Source: a candidate division FCPU426 bacterium
GTDB taxonomy: Bacteria > Oederibacteriota > Muellerivitia > Muellerivitales > Muellerivitaceae
Length of the DNA stretch: 64,000 bases
Direction of reading: 5' to 3'
Assembly: GCA_963771075.1 (NCBI GenBank)
Contig: CAVYSE010000018.1
Location: 160,001-224,000 of the forward strand
Shown here piece after piece: positions 1 to 11,102 of this stretch. A model generated the notes under the pieces. The model made no database searches and was not told the DNA's origin. It saw nothing but the letters and a program-made list of their open reading frames with translations. Both the position numbers and the translations under genes were made by a program. How positions within the stretch are numbered: position 1 is the first letter of the stretch; each line of letters opens with the position of its first letter.

Positions 1-2660
1 TGACAGGTGCGAACATCACGGGGAAAACGCATACGATTTCACCGGTAACAGCCACGCCGACTTCCACGAATACGGTTACGCTCACGCCGACGACCACCAA
101 TACCGTAACCTTGACCCCGACGATCACGAACACAGTAACCCTGACTCCGACGGTGACCTTGACGCCGACGATCACCAATACCGTGACCTTGACCCCGACG
201 ATCACGAACACGGTGACCCTGACACCGACGATCACCAATACCGTGACCTTAACCCCGACAATCACCAACACGGTGACCTTGACGCCGACAATCACGAACA
301 CGGTGACGAATACGCCGACCTTTACGCCGACCGTGACAAGCACTTGGACCTCGACCACGACTCCGACGGTGACTCCGACGGTGGGGCTGGCCTTGTCGTG
401 GAACAACCTGCCCTCGCCGCAGAACTATTTGTATGACCAGGTTAACGTATCGAGTCTGCAGTTCGTATTGACGTCGACGGCGCAGGAGAATGTGCTGGTG
501 AAACAGCTGGTGTTCACGGGCGGTGGGAGCGTGGGCTGGACCGGGGATGTGGTGGCGGGGAGCGTGAGGTTGTACCAGGACTCGTCCTTGAACGGCTTGT
601 ATTCGGTTGGGGCCGATACCCTTTTGTTGGGAGGACAAAGCTTCAATGGATCAGGTTCCGTGACCTTTCAAAACCCGAACGGAGTTACGGCTCCGTTGGT
701 GTCGGGCATGCCGCAAACCTTCCTGCTGGTGTTTGATCTGAACATGGGGGGATTGGCGAGCAAGACTTTTGACAACGGGCTGGCCTTGGGAGGGATCACG
801 GCGAACGGCCAGACGACGGGGCAGGGGGCGATCCTGGCAGGTGCCGACATCACGGGGAAAACGCATACGATTTCACCGGTAACAGCCACGCCGACAGCGA
901 CCACCACCTTTACAACCACAGCGACTTCGACCGATACCATCACACCCACGCCGTCGGTCACGCAAACTCACACATCCACATTTACCTTCACCGAGACCCC
1001 GACTCCGACCCTTACCTTGACCTTTACCTCGACCTTCACGCCAACCGAGACGGCCACGGCAACCTTTACCCCAACGCCGACTAATACGTCCACCTATACC
1101 GCGACATCTACCGCTTCTTTTACGGCTACCTTCACGCCAACCTTCACCTTCACGGTCACTCCCACACCCACCTTTACCATTCAGCCGCCTTCTTCCATCG
1201 TCGTCCTGCCCCAAACCGCCCCCGTAACGGCAGGGGGATATGCCTCGGTGACCTTGGAGGTGTTAAATGGAGCAGGACAACCGGCTACCCTTGAAACGGC
1301 GATGACATTGAGTCTGAATTCAAACTCGACCGGAGAAAATGCCATTTGGTTGTCTCCATCGTCGAGTGGCACGACAATCAACTCCGTTAATTTTACGTCT
1401 GGGAGCGTCGCTCAAACCTTGGTTTATTACAGGGATGATCTAGCCGGGAATTGGACTCTCACCGCATCTTCCTTCAACCTTGCTTATGGGACCATTAATG
1501 TGATTCCGGGCGCATTTATGAGCTTGCAAGTATTGCTGCCGGGTCAAACCGCCGATCCTGGTCATCCAACCGCGGATCCAATTGGAATACTGGGTAATCC
1601 TTCATCCGCTGTCGCAGGTTCCCCGGTTCAAGTTACGCTGAACGCGGTGGACGCCTATTTCAACCGGGTTTTATCTATTGACGATCCATTAACCTTGACC
1701 CTCACCGATCCCGCGGCCCCGGCTGGCGGGACCGTGAATCTTTCGGGTGGAACGGCAATAAAACCTGTAACTTTTTATTCCCCTGGCAACCAAGCTGTCA
1801 CTGCCACGGATACGGTTACTGGCCCCAAGACGGGTTCCAGCGGTTTATTAACGATCCTGGGGGGGACAGCCAGCACCCTATTGGACATCGTTCATAATTC
1901 GCCAATCCTTTCCGGCGAAGGGTTGGGTGCGGTGGGTGTGACTTTCATGAATTTCAAATTATCCGTTCAAAGCGGACAAAACCCGATCCGATTGGATAGC
2001 CTCACCCTGCATGCCAGGGATTCCTACGGCAATGATGTGCCCTTAGACACCGCCTTTCAAAACCTTAAACTTATTTCCGGCCCACAAATTTTCATTTTGC
2101 CTCTGTCCTCAGTCAATACCGGGATCGTGAGTCTCGCTCCTTTGTCCGCTGGCATTACTTTTGACGTGGCAGCCGCCTCTCCCATCACCTTGAACCTGAC
2201 GGGGGATATATCCTCCACCGCGACCGCCAGAAACATATCCCTTTCGGTGGATGCTTCCGCCTCAGTCGTGGCGCATGATCCCGTTTCAGCAGTTTCGGCG
2301 GCGGTTGTGGCGACGGGAGATCCCACTGGGTTCCCTATGGTCTCAGGCTTGCTTGTATTGGAGCCTTCGGATGTATCTAAAACTTATGGAAATTATCCTA
2401 ATCCCTTCCGTCCGGGGATCGAAAACACGACTATTGAATTTTATTTACCCGCGCCCTCCTCCGTTTCGTTGATTTTGTACGATGTGTTAGGAAACAAGGT
2501 TTTAACCCTTTTGAAAGGCCAAAACCTACCTACGGGCCTACAGCGCTTAGTTTGGGACGGCCGTAACGGTTCAGGTGCCCCGGTGATTAGCGGTATTTAT
2601 TACGCCCAACTTACGGTAAATGGGACAAGCTACCTAGTGAAAGTGGCGGTGGTCCGATGA
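1..2660 (+). CDS. Large Thr/Pro-repeat exoprotein with Ig-like modules and C-terminal FlgD-Ig/T9SS-like sorting domain (5' end lies outside the window)
   Basis: Frame is open from base 3 (TGANITGKTHTISPVTATPT...) into the 111..2660 ORF. C-terminus reads NYPNPF...YDVLG...WDGRNGSG..V.SGIYY...KVAVVR. Confidence 0.85.
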   Translation, partial: TGANITGKTHTISPVTATPTSTNTVTLTPTTTNTVTLTPTITNTVTLTPTVTLTPTITNTVTLTPTITNTVTLTPTITNTVTLTPTITNTVTLTPTITNTVTNTPTFTPTVTSTWTSTTTPTVTPTVGLALSWNNLPSPQNYLYDQVNVSSLQFVLTSTAQENVLVKQLVFTGGGSVGWTGDVVAGSVRLYQDSSLNGLYSVGADTLLLGGQSFNGSGSVTFQNPNGVTAPLVSGMPQTFLLVFDLNMGGLASKTFDNGLALGGITANGQTTGQGAILAGADITGKTHTISPVTATPTATTTFTTTATSTDTITPTPSVTQTHTSTFTFTETPTPTLTLTFTSTFTPTETATATFTPTPTNTSTYTATSTASFTATFTPTFTFTVTPTPTFTIQPPSSIVVLPQTAPVTAGGYASVTLEVLNGAGQPATLETAMTLSLNSNSTGENAIWLSPSSSGTTINSVNFTSGSVAQTLVYYRDDLAGNWTLTASSFNLAYGTINVIPGAFMSLQVLLPGQTADPGHPTADPIGILGNPSSAVAGSPVQVTLNAVDAYFNRVLSIDDPLTLTLTDPAAPAGGTVNLSGGTAIKPVTFYSPGNQAVTATDTVTGPKTGSSGLLTILGGTASTLLDIVHNSPILSGEGLGAVGVTFMNFKLSVQSGQNPIRLDSLTLHARDSYGNDVPLDTAFQNLKLISGPQIFILPLSSVNTGIVSLAPLSAGITFDVAAASPITLNLTGDISSTATARNISLSVDASASVVAHDPVSAVSAAVVATGDPTGFPMVSGLLVLEPSDVSKTYGNYPNPFRPGIENTTIEFYLPAPSSVSLILYDVLGNKVLTLLKGQNLPTGLQRLVWDGRNGSGAPVISGIYYAQLTVNGTSYLVKVAVVR
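66..310 (+). repeat. Coding tandem repeat, 30-bp unit (TLTPTITNTV)n
   Basis: Repeated accttgaccccgacgatcacgaacacggtg-like units with synonymous variation. Confidence 0.9.
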
Positions 2661-4309
2661 AGACACTGTTCCTTTACATTTTGACCGGCTTTTACACCCT
2701 ATTCTTCCTAGGGACGGGGGTCCCCATGGTTTGGGGCCAAAGCGCCGAAACCGGAGGAATGGTCGACCCGTTCGAATTGGGTGCGTCGGCCAGGGTCCTG
2801 GCCATGGGTGATGCTGGTGTGGCCTTGGCCGGGGATGGTGGAGCGGCCCTTCTCAACCCGGCATTGCTGGCGACCGTCAACCAGAATGATCTCCTGATGT
2901 TCCATGCGCCTCTTTTTATCGACACGCTTTATGACAGCGTCGGTTTTGTCCAACCTCTTACGGGATCCTCCGGCTTTGCCCTGAGTCTTTCGCGTTTGGG
3001 GATCGATAATATTTTGCAAACCCAAAACAATATCGTGGCGGTATCCACTTTCTCGACCCAAGAATGGGAGGCGACCCTAAGCCTGGGGGCGGAGGTTGTA
3101 CCCGGCTTGGGTATGGGAATCCAGATGAAAGGAATTCAAGAGCAAATCTCCCTTTACCAAGGGGAGGGCGTAGGGATGGACGCCGGGTTGATTTATCGGT
3201 TCGCCCAATCCGAATCGGACTATTCCAAAATCGGACTTCCAAACCTCGTTCTCGGTATCGCGGCCGTGAATCTTATTTCCCCTCAAATCACCCTTTATCA
3301 GACCGGCAGCCAGCCCTCTGAAATCATCAAACCTTCGGTGGGTTTTCTCTATGATATCTCCCCTCACGGCGACCGGTTATGGCTTGCGATGGAGGGAGAG
3401 ATGACCCAGGGAGGAAGCAATCTTGTAAAGGCGGGGGCCGAGTATACTTTTCAGGGCAATTTTTCCCTCAGGGCTGGGTTTGACGGGGTGAGTCCCACGG
3501 CTGGAGGAGGCGTGAGCTTGTCGGGTTTTGAGCTGGATTATGCCTACAACCAAAGGGACTTGGGAACCCTTAACCGGTTGTCCCTATCCTACCGCTTCGG
3601 GGAATATATCGATCCGGTACAAGCCCAAAAAAGGGAGATGTTAAACGAAAGGCTGAGCCTGCTTAAATGGGTTGCCCAAAGCTACGAAAAGGACGAGGAT
3701 TACGACGCCGCGATCAAAGCCTGGAACAATGTTTTAAAAGAATACCCCGACGACGCCGAATCGTCCAAGTCCATCCAAAGTTTGAAGGACCGCCGCCATC
3801 AACAGGTGGAAGCCCTTATGAAACAAGCCCGTCCCGCCATGCAAAAAGGTGATTATGTGAGAGGAATACCCATTTTAGGAAAGGTGCTGGCTTTGGAGCC
3901 TGGCAATACCGAAGCCCGCAACATGCTTAAACACGTCGACCAGGGAAGGCAGTTGGAAACCGCTTATTTGGCCGGGGTCGAGGCTTACCGCCACGAAAAT
4001 TACCGGGAAGCCATGGATTACCTGGAGGGCATTTACGACACCAATCCGGATTACCGGGACGTGGCATTGCTCTACCGTGACGTCCAAAGCCGTATTCAGC
4101 CCCTGGAATCCCTTCCCAAGGACCTTTCCGATCTCTATGCCAAGGGTGTGGACGCTTACATGAAGGGCCAATATTCCGGGGCCATTTCCCTATGGCAGCA
4201 GGTCCTGGCCAAAGATCCTCGAAACCGGCTAGTGGCCAGGAACTTAGAAGAAGCCCGGGGCCACTTGGCCGATCCCACCCCCACACCCCAAGTGAAGAGT
4301 GCCCCTTGA
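2657..4309 (+). CDS. PorV/PorP-like outer-membrane barrel protein with C-terminal TPR repeats
   Basis: Signal peptide; GASARVLAMGDAGVA...NPALLA family motif; barrel end LDYAY...LSLSYRFG; helical TPR tail; ATGA overlap with the upstream gene. Confidence 0.75.
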   Translation: MKTLFLYILTGFYTLFFLGTGVPMVWGQSAETGGMVDPFELGASARVLAMGDAGVALAGDGGAALLNPALLATVNQNDLLMFHAPLFIDTLYDSVGFVQPLTGSSGFALSLSRLGIDNILQTQNNIVAVSTFSTQEWEATLSLGAEVVPGLGMGIQMKGIQEQISLYQGEGVGMDAGLIYRFAQSESDYSKIGLPNLVLGIAAVNLISPQITLYQTGSQPSEIIKPSVGFLYDISPHGDRLWLAMEGEMTQGGSNLVKAGAEYTFQGNFSLRAGFDGVSPTAGGGVSLSGFELDYAYNQRDLGTLNRLSLSYRFGEYIDPVQAQKREMLNERLSLLKWVAQSYEKDEDYDAAIKAWNNVLKEYPDDAESSKSIQSLKDRRHQQVEALMKQARPAMQKGDYVRGIPILGKVLALEPGNTEARNMLKHVDQGRQLETAYLAGVEAYRHENYREAMDYLEGIYDTNPDYRDVALLYRDVQSRIQPLESLPKDLSDLYAKGVDAYMKGQYSGAISLWQQVLAKDPRNRLVARNLEEARGHLADPTPTPQVKSAP

Positions 4310-6720
4310 ATTTAAAACAGATCTACCTACGCATTGCGGCTCGTATGACGCCGGATTCCAAAAGGCGGCATTTTAAATTGGAGGTCCCCGCACAGGAATT
4401 GGAACTCCTGACAATCAAAGATTTTGTACAGCGGGTTTGCGATTCCGCGGGATGCTCCCAAAAGGAAACCTCTGGATTTAAGCTGGCCATCGATGAGGCT
4501 TGTACCAATATCATCCGACATGCTTACCAGGGAAAAAGCGACGGGAAAATCAAGGTGGAGATGGGTATCGGCCTGGCCGACCTGAAAACAACCATCACGG
4601 ATTATGGCAAGCCCTTCGATTTTAATTCGGTCCAAGATCCCGACCTCAACCATTACGTGGAGATTGGTAAAAAAGGGGGGCTGGGGATTTGGCTGATCCG
4701 CAAAGTTATGTCCCGGGTTTCCTATAAGGCTTATCCCGACCGCAATGAATTGGTGATGTACCGGCGTTTATCCAACGCTCCGCCCCAACAGCTGGGATTG
4801 AAAAAGGGTGCGGTCTCGGTTTCAGTTAAGTTCACGATTGGGGCGGTGGCCTTAGTGGCGATTCTTTTCGTGACCTTTTATTTCTCCCTGAGTCACCGGC
4901 GGGAGGAGGAAGGCTTCCGGCACCAGAGGGAATACGTGAATTTGATCCTTGGGTCCTTGGCTTCCGAGTCCGGATCAGGGGTTTCCCGCAAGGACAACCT
5001 TGGGATGGAAAACCTCATACGCCAGGTGAAGGCCCAGGACGCGGGCAGGTCGCTTGATTACATCTTTATCGTCGGTTTGGACGGCGTTTTCCTGGCCCAT
5101 ACCGACCTTCGACAAATTCTCAGGCCCTATGCGCGTCCGCCTGGGGAAAAATTCAATCCCAAGGGGGGGATCCAGGTCTTCCAACTTCAAACTACGGAAG
5201 GAAAAGTGAGTGATTCCATCGCACCCATTTATTACAAGGGACAGGTGGTGGGAGAGGTGCATGTGGGGGTGGAGGGAAAGACCATTCGAGAGGCCACCCG
5301 GCAGATCGAAAACGAATTGCGAAACCAGCTTTTAGCCGCTTCCTTGTTCATGATGGTACTACTCTGGCTTCTGTCCCGAATTATCATCCAGCCTTTCCGG
5401 AAGATTTTGATGGGGGTCAACGCCGTTTCCTCTGGAAATCTGGACGCGAAAATTGAGATCGACACCCAGGATGAGTTTGGACAATTGGCGGGCATTTTCA
5501 ATGAAATGACCAATAAGCTCCAGGAATCCCAAAAGGGGATGATGGAGCAAGAACGCATGCAAAAGGAAATGCAGGTCGCTCAGCAGATCCAACACACCCT
5601 TTTGCCGGCCGATTTCCCCCAGATTGAGGGGTATGAGATCGGCGCTACCTACCGGTCCGCGAAGGAGGTGGGGGGGGATTACTACGATTTCTTCTGGGTG
5701 GACCCGACTACCCTGGGTATCGTAGTGGCCGACGTTTCGGGCAAAGGAGTGCCTGGTTCCATGGTGATGACCATGATCCGGACGGCTATGCGCCTGGAGG
5801 CCCGCGGCAACAAGAGCGCCTCGGACACCCTCTCCAAGGTCAACCGGCATGTGACCTCGGATATGAAACGGGGGATGTTCGTCACAATGTTTTACATCAT
5901 CCTGGATTCCCGGACGCGGGCGATCAATTTCGCCAGCGCGGGCCATAACCCCATGATTCTTTACCGGGGTAAAACCAAGGAAGTCTACTTTCTCAAACCG
6001 AAGGGATTCCCGGTGGGCATAGACCTTCCGGAGGAGGAGATGTTCACCCGCAACCTAGCCCTGCAGAAAATTCAACTGGAAAAAAACGATATGCTGGTCA
6101 TCTATACGGACGGGATTACCGAGGCGATGAATCCTGAAAAAGCCCAATTCGGGGAAACCCGGTTGGTGCAAGTCATCAAGGAAAATTCCCACCTGACACC
6201 CCAGGAATTTGTGGAGCAGTTAAATTTGGCCATCGCCCAGTTCACCCGGGGGGCGGAACAAAACGATGACATCACGGTGGTGGCGATCAAGGAGAAAATG
6301 AAGGCCGAGTCGGTGGAGTTCAAGTTCAGAAAGAACCTTTTGGACCTCGTAGAGAAGAAGGGGCTGTCCGTGATCGAGGCATGCCGCCAAATGAACGTCT
6401 CGACCAAAGCGTATTATCGATTCAAAAAGATGGTGACGGACAAAGGCCGGGCCAGCTTGAAGCCCACCCGGTCCCAGCGTAACAGCGATATCCGCGAATT
6501 GACGATACCCCAAAAGGAAGCTTTGATGACCTTGTTGTGCAAGAACCCCGAATTCGGACCCCAAAGGCTCTCACAGGCTTTGAAGAAGCTGACCCCCCCT
6601 GTTCGAGTGGAGTCGAGTCTCATCTACGATCACTTGAAGCGGAAGAGTTTAAGTACGGTCAATCAAAGGAAAGCCTTCGCTGCCATCTCGGTTGACAGCG
6701 AGAAAGCCGGAAGCCCATAA
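4306..6720 (+). CDS. Membrane partner-switching protein: anti-sigma-type HATPase, two TM helices with sensor loop, HAMP, SpoIIE/PP2C phosphatase, C-terminal HTH
   Basis: LAIDEACTNIIRHAY, DYGKPFD and GGLGIWL (RsbW-like); GGDYYD, VADVSGKG, YTDGITEA and DDIT (PP2C). Start is TTG 4306 (TTGA overlap) or ATG 4345. Confidence 0.85.
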   Translation: MNLKQIYLRIAARMTPDSKRRHFKLEVPAQELELLTIKDFVQRVCDSAGCSQKETSGFKLAIDEACTNIIRHAYQGKSDGKIKVEMGIGLADLKTTITDYGKPFDFNSVQDPDLNHYVEIGKKGGLGIWLIRKVMSRVSYKAYPDRNELVMYRRLSNAPPQQLGLKKGAVSVSVKFTIGAVALVAILFVTFYFSLSHRREEEGFRHQREYVNLILGSLASESGSGVSRKDNLGMENLIRQVKAQDAGRSLDYIFIVGLDGVFLAHTDLRQILRPYARPPGEKFNPKGGIQVFQLQTTEGKVSDSIAPIYYKGQVVGEVHVGVEGKTIREATRQIENELRNQLLAASLFMMVLLWLLSRIIIQPFRKILMGVNAVSSGNLDAKIEIDTQDEFGQLAGIFNEMTNKLQESQKGMMEQERMQKEMQVAQQIQHTLLPADFPQIEGYEIGATYRSAKEVGGDYYDFFWVDPTTLGIVVADVSGKGVPGSMVMTMIRTAMRLEARGNKSASDTLSKVNRHVTSDMKRGMFVTMFYIILDSRTRAINFASAGHNPMILYRGKTKEVYFLKPKGFPVGIDLPEEEMFTRNLALQKIQLEKNDMLVIYTDGITEAMNPEKAQFGETRLVQVIKENSHLTPQEFVEQLNLAIAQFTRGAEQNDDITVVAIKEKMKAESVEFKFRKNLLDLVEKKGLSVIEACRQMNVSTKAYYRFKKMVTDKGRASLKPTRSQRNSDIRELTIPQKEALMTLLCKNPEFGPQRLSQALKKLTPPVRVESSLIYDHLKRKSLSTVNQRKAFAAISVDSEKAGSP

Positions 6721-6759
6721 TGACACATCTTTCGGCCCTTTTCCTTATTTGGAGGAACC

Positions 6760-7122
6760 ATGGATAACATCACGGTCAGCGTTGCCGACCATTCCAATCA
6801 TAAAGATATTGTTGTTTTAACGGTCAAGGGTTTCATTGACACCACGACCGCACCGGAATTCGAGAAAAAGTTCCTGGGGGTATTGAGCGATAAGAAATAT
6901 AAGTTGATTGTCGACTTGAAAGATGTCAATTACATCAGTTCCGCTGGGTGGGGAATCTTCATCAGCGAAATCAAGCGCATCCGGTCCCAAAAAGGGGACC
7001 TCATTTTGGTGGGAATGAACCCCGAAGTAAGCGAGGTTTTTGAGCTTTTGGAGTTCAATTCCATCCTGAAGTCCTTTCCCAGCGTGGATCTGGGGCTCAA
7101 AAAAGGCTTCGATAAAGCGTAA
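6760..7122 (+). CDS. STAS-domain anti-anti-sigma factor
   Basis: GFIDTTTAP...DLKDVNYISSAGWG with the phosphoacceptor Ser motif; GGAGG RBS. Confidence 0.9.
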   Translation: MDNITVSVADHSNHKDIVVLTVKGFIDTTTAPEFEKKFLGVLSDKKYKLIVDLKDVNYISSAGWGIFISEIKRIRSQKGDLILVGMNPEVSEVFELLEFNSILKSFPSVDLGLKKGFDKA

Positions 7123-7203
7123 AGGAGCGTTCGGATGGGACGCGCTCTCCTCAAACGGTGCGTGTCTTAATCTCAGGATTTGAAGATCCGAGAAACGGAA
7201 ACT

Positions 7204-8345
7204 ATGGAAAGCAATACCCTCAACTCACTTCTTGATATCAATGGCAAACATTTCACGGTTGAAACCAGCTTGGCCCAGGGCAAGAACCGGGTTCTTTCCG
7301 TGGCTCAATTAGATGGAAGAATTCTTTCCCAGCGTGAATTTGAGTTACCCGAGGGTCTGGATGAGGATGGCAAGAAGCGGTTCAACCAGGAAACCCATAA
7401 AAACCGGCTTGTAGAGTTGGAGTCCATTTTTCGACTGAACCGGAAGATCGATGAAAAGCCGACGCCTGACGCCTGCTGGAAAATCGGCGTAATCCTGATG
7501 TCGAATGGCTTTTATGAGGATGCCCGCCAGCGTTTTTTGAAGGCCATGGAAATGGATCCCCAGCATCTGCAGGCCCTCAAATGTTACGGTATCAACCTGA
7601 CCCTGCTGGATGATTACGAAGCCGCTTTGGCTATTCTGAACCATGCACGGGAATTGGGCCCCTCCTTTGCCGACATTTATTACCACCTGGGAAATGTTCA
7701 TCTTTACCGAAGGGAACTGGACGAGGCTGTCCAATCCTATCTCCAAGCTCTCCAAATCAATCCCCGCTACGCGGATGCCAGGCTTCGTTTGGCCACCGCT
7801 TGCGTTGGCTATTTAACTATCGGCGATTTGAGTGTCAGTGACGGCGGCAAAACGGCCGAGTTGGCGGAAAGAGCCAAGGCGGAGGCCGAAACGGCGGCGA
7901 CATTAAACCCTAAACTTCGGAACGGTCCTTCATGATGGCGACCGACTATCTGAAGAGCCGCAGGTTCTCAAACGCCTTCCAGACCTTTTTGGAAGTGCGG
8001 CCGCGGTTCGTTCCCCGGATCGGGGATGAAATTATTTTTTTCTTCACCTTGACGCTTCTCTATGGCAGCGAGGGGATTGACCTGCAAATGACCGAGCAAT
8101 ACATCGAGAAGTTATCCAAAGTAATCGAGGAATATCCCCATTACGCGGACCTGCACCACCATTTGGGCGTTGCCTACCTCATTAAGTGCCGTTTCGACGT
8201 CAGCCGATCGCTCAAGGAATTTAAAAAGGCCTTAACCATCAACCCGCAATTCCAAAAAGCCCTGAACAACGCCGAGGATACTGAGGAATTGCATCGCCGG
8301 GTCTTGGTCTCGTTGAAAAAGGCCATTATTTCAAAAGGGAATTAA
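7204..8345 (+). CDS. TPR protein, split by a 1-nt frameshift near 7930
   Basis: ORFs 7180..7935 and 7932..8345 both carry (F/Y)AD.x.LG TPR units; adding one base gives a continuous NGPFMMATDY. Confidence 0.65.
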
Positions 8346-8389
8346 GGTTGTTGAATGGCGGAATCGGCGGGTTGCCTTAAACTGAACCC

Positions 8390-8773
8390 TTAAGCCTCAG
8401 GCACGGGCGTCAAAGAGTAGTTTTTCTCCAAAAACCCGACATGATCCGCCGAGGGGTTATCGAAATTGACACCGTAAGCGTACCGGCCCATGGTTTTCAT
8501 GGGGTTTTTCCGGGCCCAAACGACTTTTCCCGGGAAGGTCATGGCGTGGCTTCCATCCAAGGAATCCAGTTCGAGACTCAGGTTCGTTTTCTCGACCATG
8601 GTCTTGTTGGAGTAGATTTGGGCTCCGGTCGAGCTGATGTTGACTAGGTGGGCCCGAAAGACATCGGTCTGGTTTGAGTTTAATAGACGGCCTTTGATGG
8701 ATTTCACCATCACGACCCTATTGTTATTGGTCCGTTTGAACGTTTCGGGATTAGGCCGGGGAATCTTTTTCAT
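8390..8773 (-). CDS. PilZ-domain protein
   Basis: KRxxxR-like motif, NISSTGA, GKVVW and YGVNF; ATG 8773 with AGGAG RBS. Confidence 0.8.
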   Translation of the reverse strand: MKKIPRPNPETFKRTNNNRVVMVKSIKGRLLNSNQTDVFRAHLVNISSTGAQIYSNKTMVEKTNLSLELDSLDGSHAMTFPGKVVWARKNPMKTMGRYAYGVNFDNPSADHVGFLEKNYSLTPVPEA

Positions 8774-8888
8774 GTGGGTTCTCCTGGTCAGTTTACCGTT
8801 ATAGCATAACATCCCGTCCAGCCCCTTGGGCGATAAAAATCCCATAACATGGGGTTTTGTTGAATTGAGGGAAGAAGAGGTTTTGGAT

Positions 8889-10392
8889 ATGCCTAACGTA
8901 CGAGTTCGTTTTGCTCCCAGTCCCACCGGCTATCTCCATGTAGGCGGAGCCCGGACCGCGCTTTTTAACTGGCTCTATGCACGCCATTTGGGCGGGAAAT
9001 TTATATTGCGAATTGAAGATACGGACCGGGAAAGGTCCAAGATCGAATATGAGGAAGGCATCATCCGGGACCTGCAATGGCTGGGCCTGGATTGGGATGA
9101 GGGGCCAGGGTTGGGGGGGCCTCATGGGCCGTACCGCCAAACCGAAAGGGCCTCTTTTTACCGGGACCAGCTCAAAAAGCTCCTGAACGGGGGTTTTGCA
9201 TATCCTTGCTTTTGCACCCATAAGGAACTGGAAGCCGAAAGGACGAAGGCCCAATCAGAGGGCGAGGGCTATCATTATTCCGGGAAATGCCGGGTTCTCT
9301 CCAAGGAACAGGCGGCGGCTCGACAAAAATCGGGGGAAGCCTTCTCGGTCAGGCTCCGGGTCCCGGAGGGGCGCACCCTCTTTCACGATCTCATCCGGGG
9401 CGAAGTGGCCGTGGAACACACCGAAGTGGATGATTTTATACTTGTTCGAAGCGGGGGAGAGCCTACCTATAACTTTGTGGTGACCGTTGACGACGCCCTG
9501 ATGGAAATGACGCATGTGATCCGTGGTGAAGACCATATCTCCAATACGCCCAAGCAGATTTTAATTTATCAGGCATTGGGGTTGACCCCGCCCCAGTTCG
9601 CCCATATTCCCTTGATTTTGGGTCCGGACCGAACCCCGCTTTCCAAGCGGCACGGGGCCAACTCGGTAGGGGAATTCAAACGCCAGGGTTACCTGCCCGA
9701 GGCCATGCTCAACTATTTGGCCCTCCTGGGTTGGTCGCTTGACGGCAAGAGCGAAATGTTTTCAAAAAACGACTTGGTTCACAAATTCAGCCTAGACCGT
9801 GTTCAAAAGAGTCCTGCGGCTTTTGATTACGACAAGCTCCAGTGGATGAACGGCCACTATATCCGGGAGGCGGACCCGGAAAGGGTTTACCAGTTGTGCC
9901 TAGAATATCTTTGGGACGCTGATGCCATCAACGAGGATTTCATGCGGCATGGGGGGGAAGCCCTCAAACGCATGATCACATCGGTCAAGAGCGGGTTGAA
10001 AACAATCTCCGACGTGGGGGGGCAGATCACTTATTTCCTGGGAGAGGTGCACACCTATGACCCCCAGGGCTTGGAAAAGTACATGACCCCTTCCGCAATT
10101 CCCGCCTTGGAAAAGTGCGCATTTATTTTGGAGGAAACCATGGATTTTACCGCCATGACGTTGGAATCCAAAATGCGGGATAGGTGCATCTGAATTGGGG
10201 ATCAAGTTCGCTGAAATGGTGCATCCCATGCGCTTGGCAATCACGGGGCGAACGGCCAGTCCTAATATTTTCGAATTGATTGAGATTTTGGGGAAGGGAC
10301 GGTGTATTGTCAGGATCTTGCGGTTTATCCGCATGATCCGCAACTCCGCTCCGGCCGTTAACAAGGATGAAAAGCCCGAAAATCAAGGGTAA
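8889..10392 (+). CDS. gltX: Glutamate--tRNA ligase, frameshifted near 10185
   Basis: RFAPSPTG, HVGG (HIGH), RIEDTD, IRGEDH and LSKR (KMSKS) motifs. The C-terminal PMRLAITG...SP.IFE..EILGK continues in the 10195..10392 frame. Confidence 0.95.
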
Positions 10393-10468
10393 ACCGGTGT
10401 TCAGGAAGGTTGCCATCCGGATGGCCTTGGGTTAGTTTAGGTTATTCCATTAGTCATGAGGGGGAGAC

Positions 10469-11033
10469 ATGAGTGAAAGTATAGAATTCGTATTTCATCG
10501 CGGGCGAGAAAAAAGGACGATTAAGGCCGGTCAGCCGAAAGGATTGGGCCCAGATCGTGGGCTGGTGGAATGACCCGGAAGTCCGCCGTTTATTTGACGT
10601 CCACTTTGTGGACCAAACTTTTTCCGACGCTGAAAAGTGGTTCGCCCGAACCAATTCCCCGGACGACGAGAAATTAGCCCGTTCCTTCGTGCTGGAAGTG
10701 GATCAGGACGGCAAATGGATTCCCGTGGGAACGGCGGAATTTTACAACGAACGGCCTTCCCACAAATGCGCTGATTTTGGTTTTTTAATAGGCGACAAGC
10801 AATGGTGGGGCATGGGGATCGGCACCGAGGCCGCCAAGCGCATGGTCAAATACGGCTTGGAGCAGTTGAACTATAAACGCATCGGGGCCGTTTCTGCGTC
10901 TTATAACGTGCGCTCCCTGAACGCGTTGCAAAAAGCGGGATTCCAGATTGAGGGAATCCGCAAGAGCTACGTGCTTCGCGACGGGGAATGGCATGACCAG
11001 ACGATGATGTCGATCGTGAATCCCAAAATTTAA
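10469..11033 (+). CDS. GNAT acetyltransferase (RimJ/RimL type), probable frameshift near 10482
   Basis: IGDKQWWGMGIGTEA, N.RS...QKAGF.IEG and DGEWHD. The family N-terminus GE...LRP lies in frame behind a TAG at 10482, while the RBS-preceded ATG 10469 is one base off frame. Confidence 0.85.
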
Positions 11034-11041
11034 AACGCCTT

Positions 11042-11091
11042 TTACGCCGCACATAGGCCTTCTCAGCGTGGAAAACCTCTTTGCGGCGTAA
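11042..11091. repeat. 10-bp perfect inverted repeat, possible terminator
   Basis: ttacgccgca ... tgcggcgtaa directly after the GNAT stop codon. Confidence 0.5.
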
Positions 11092-11102
11092 TTATTTCTG
11101 TG

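Noticed and set aside
66..310. 30-bp tandem repeats as a CRISPR array
   Set aside because: No unique spacers; variation is synonymous within an open frame; no cas genes.
10473..10484. TAG readthrough or alternative genetic code at the GNAT start
   Set aside because: TAG terminates other genes normally (e.g. 40985, 56664); a one-base indel explains the break more simply.
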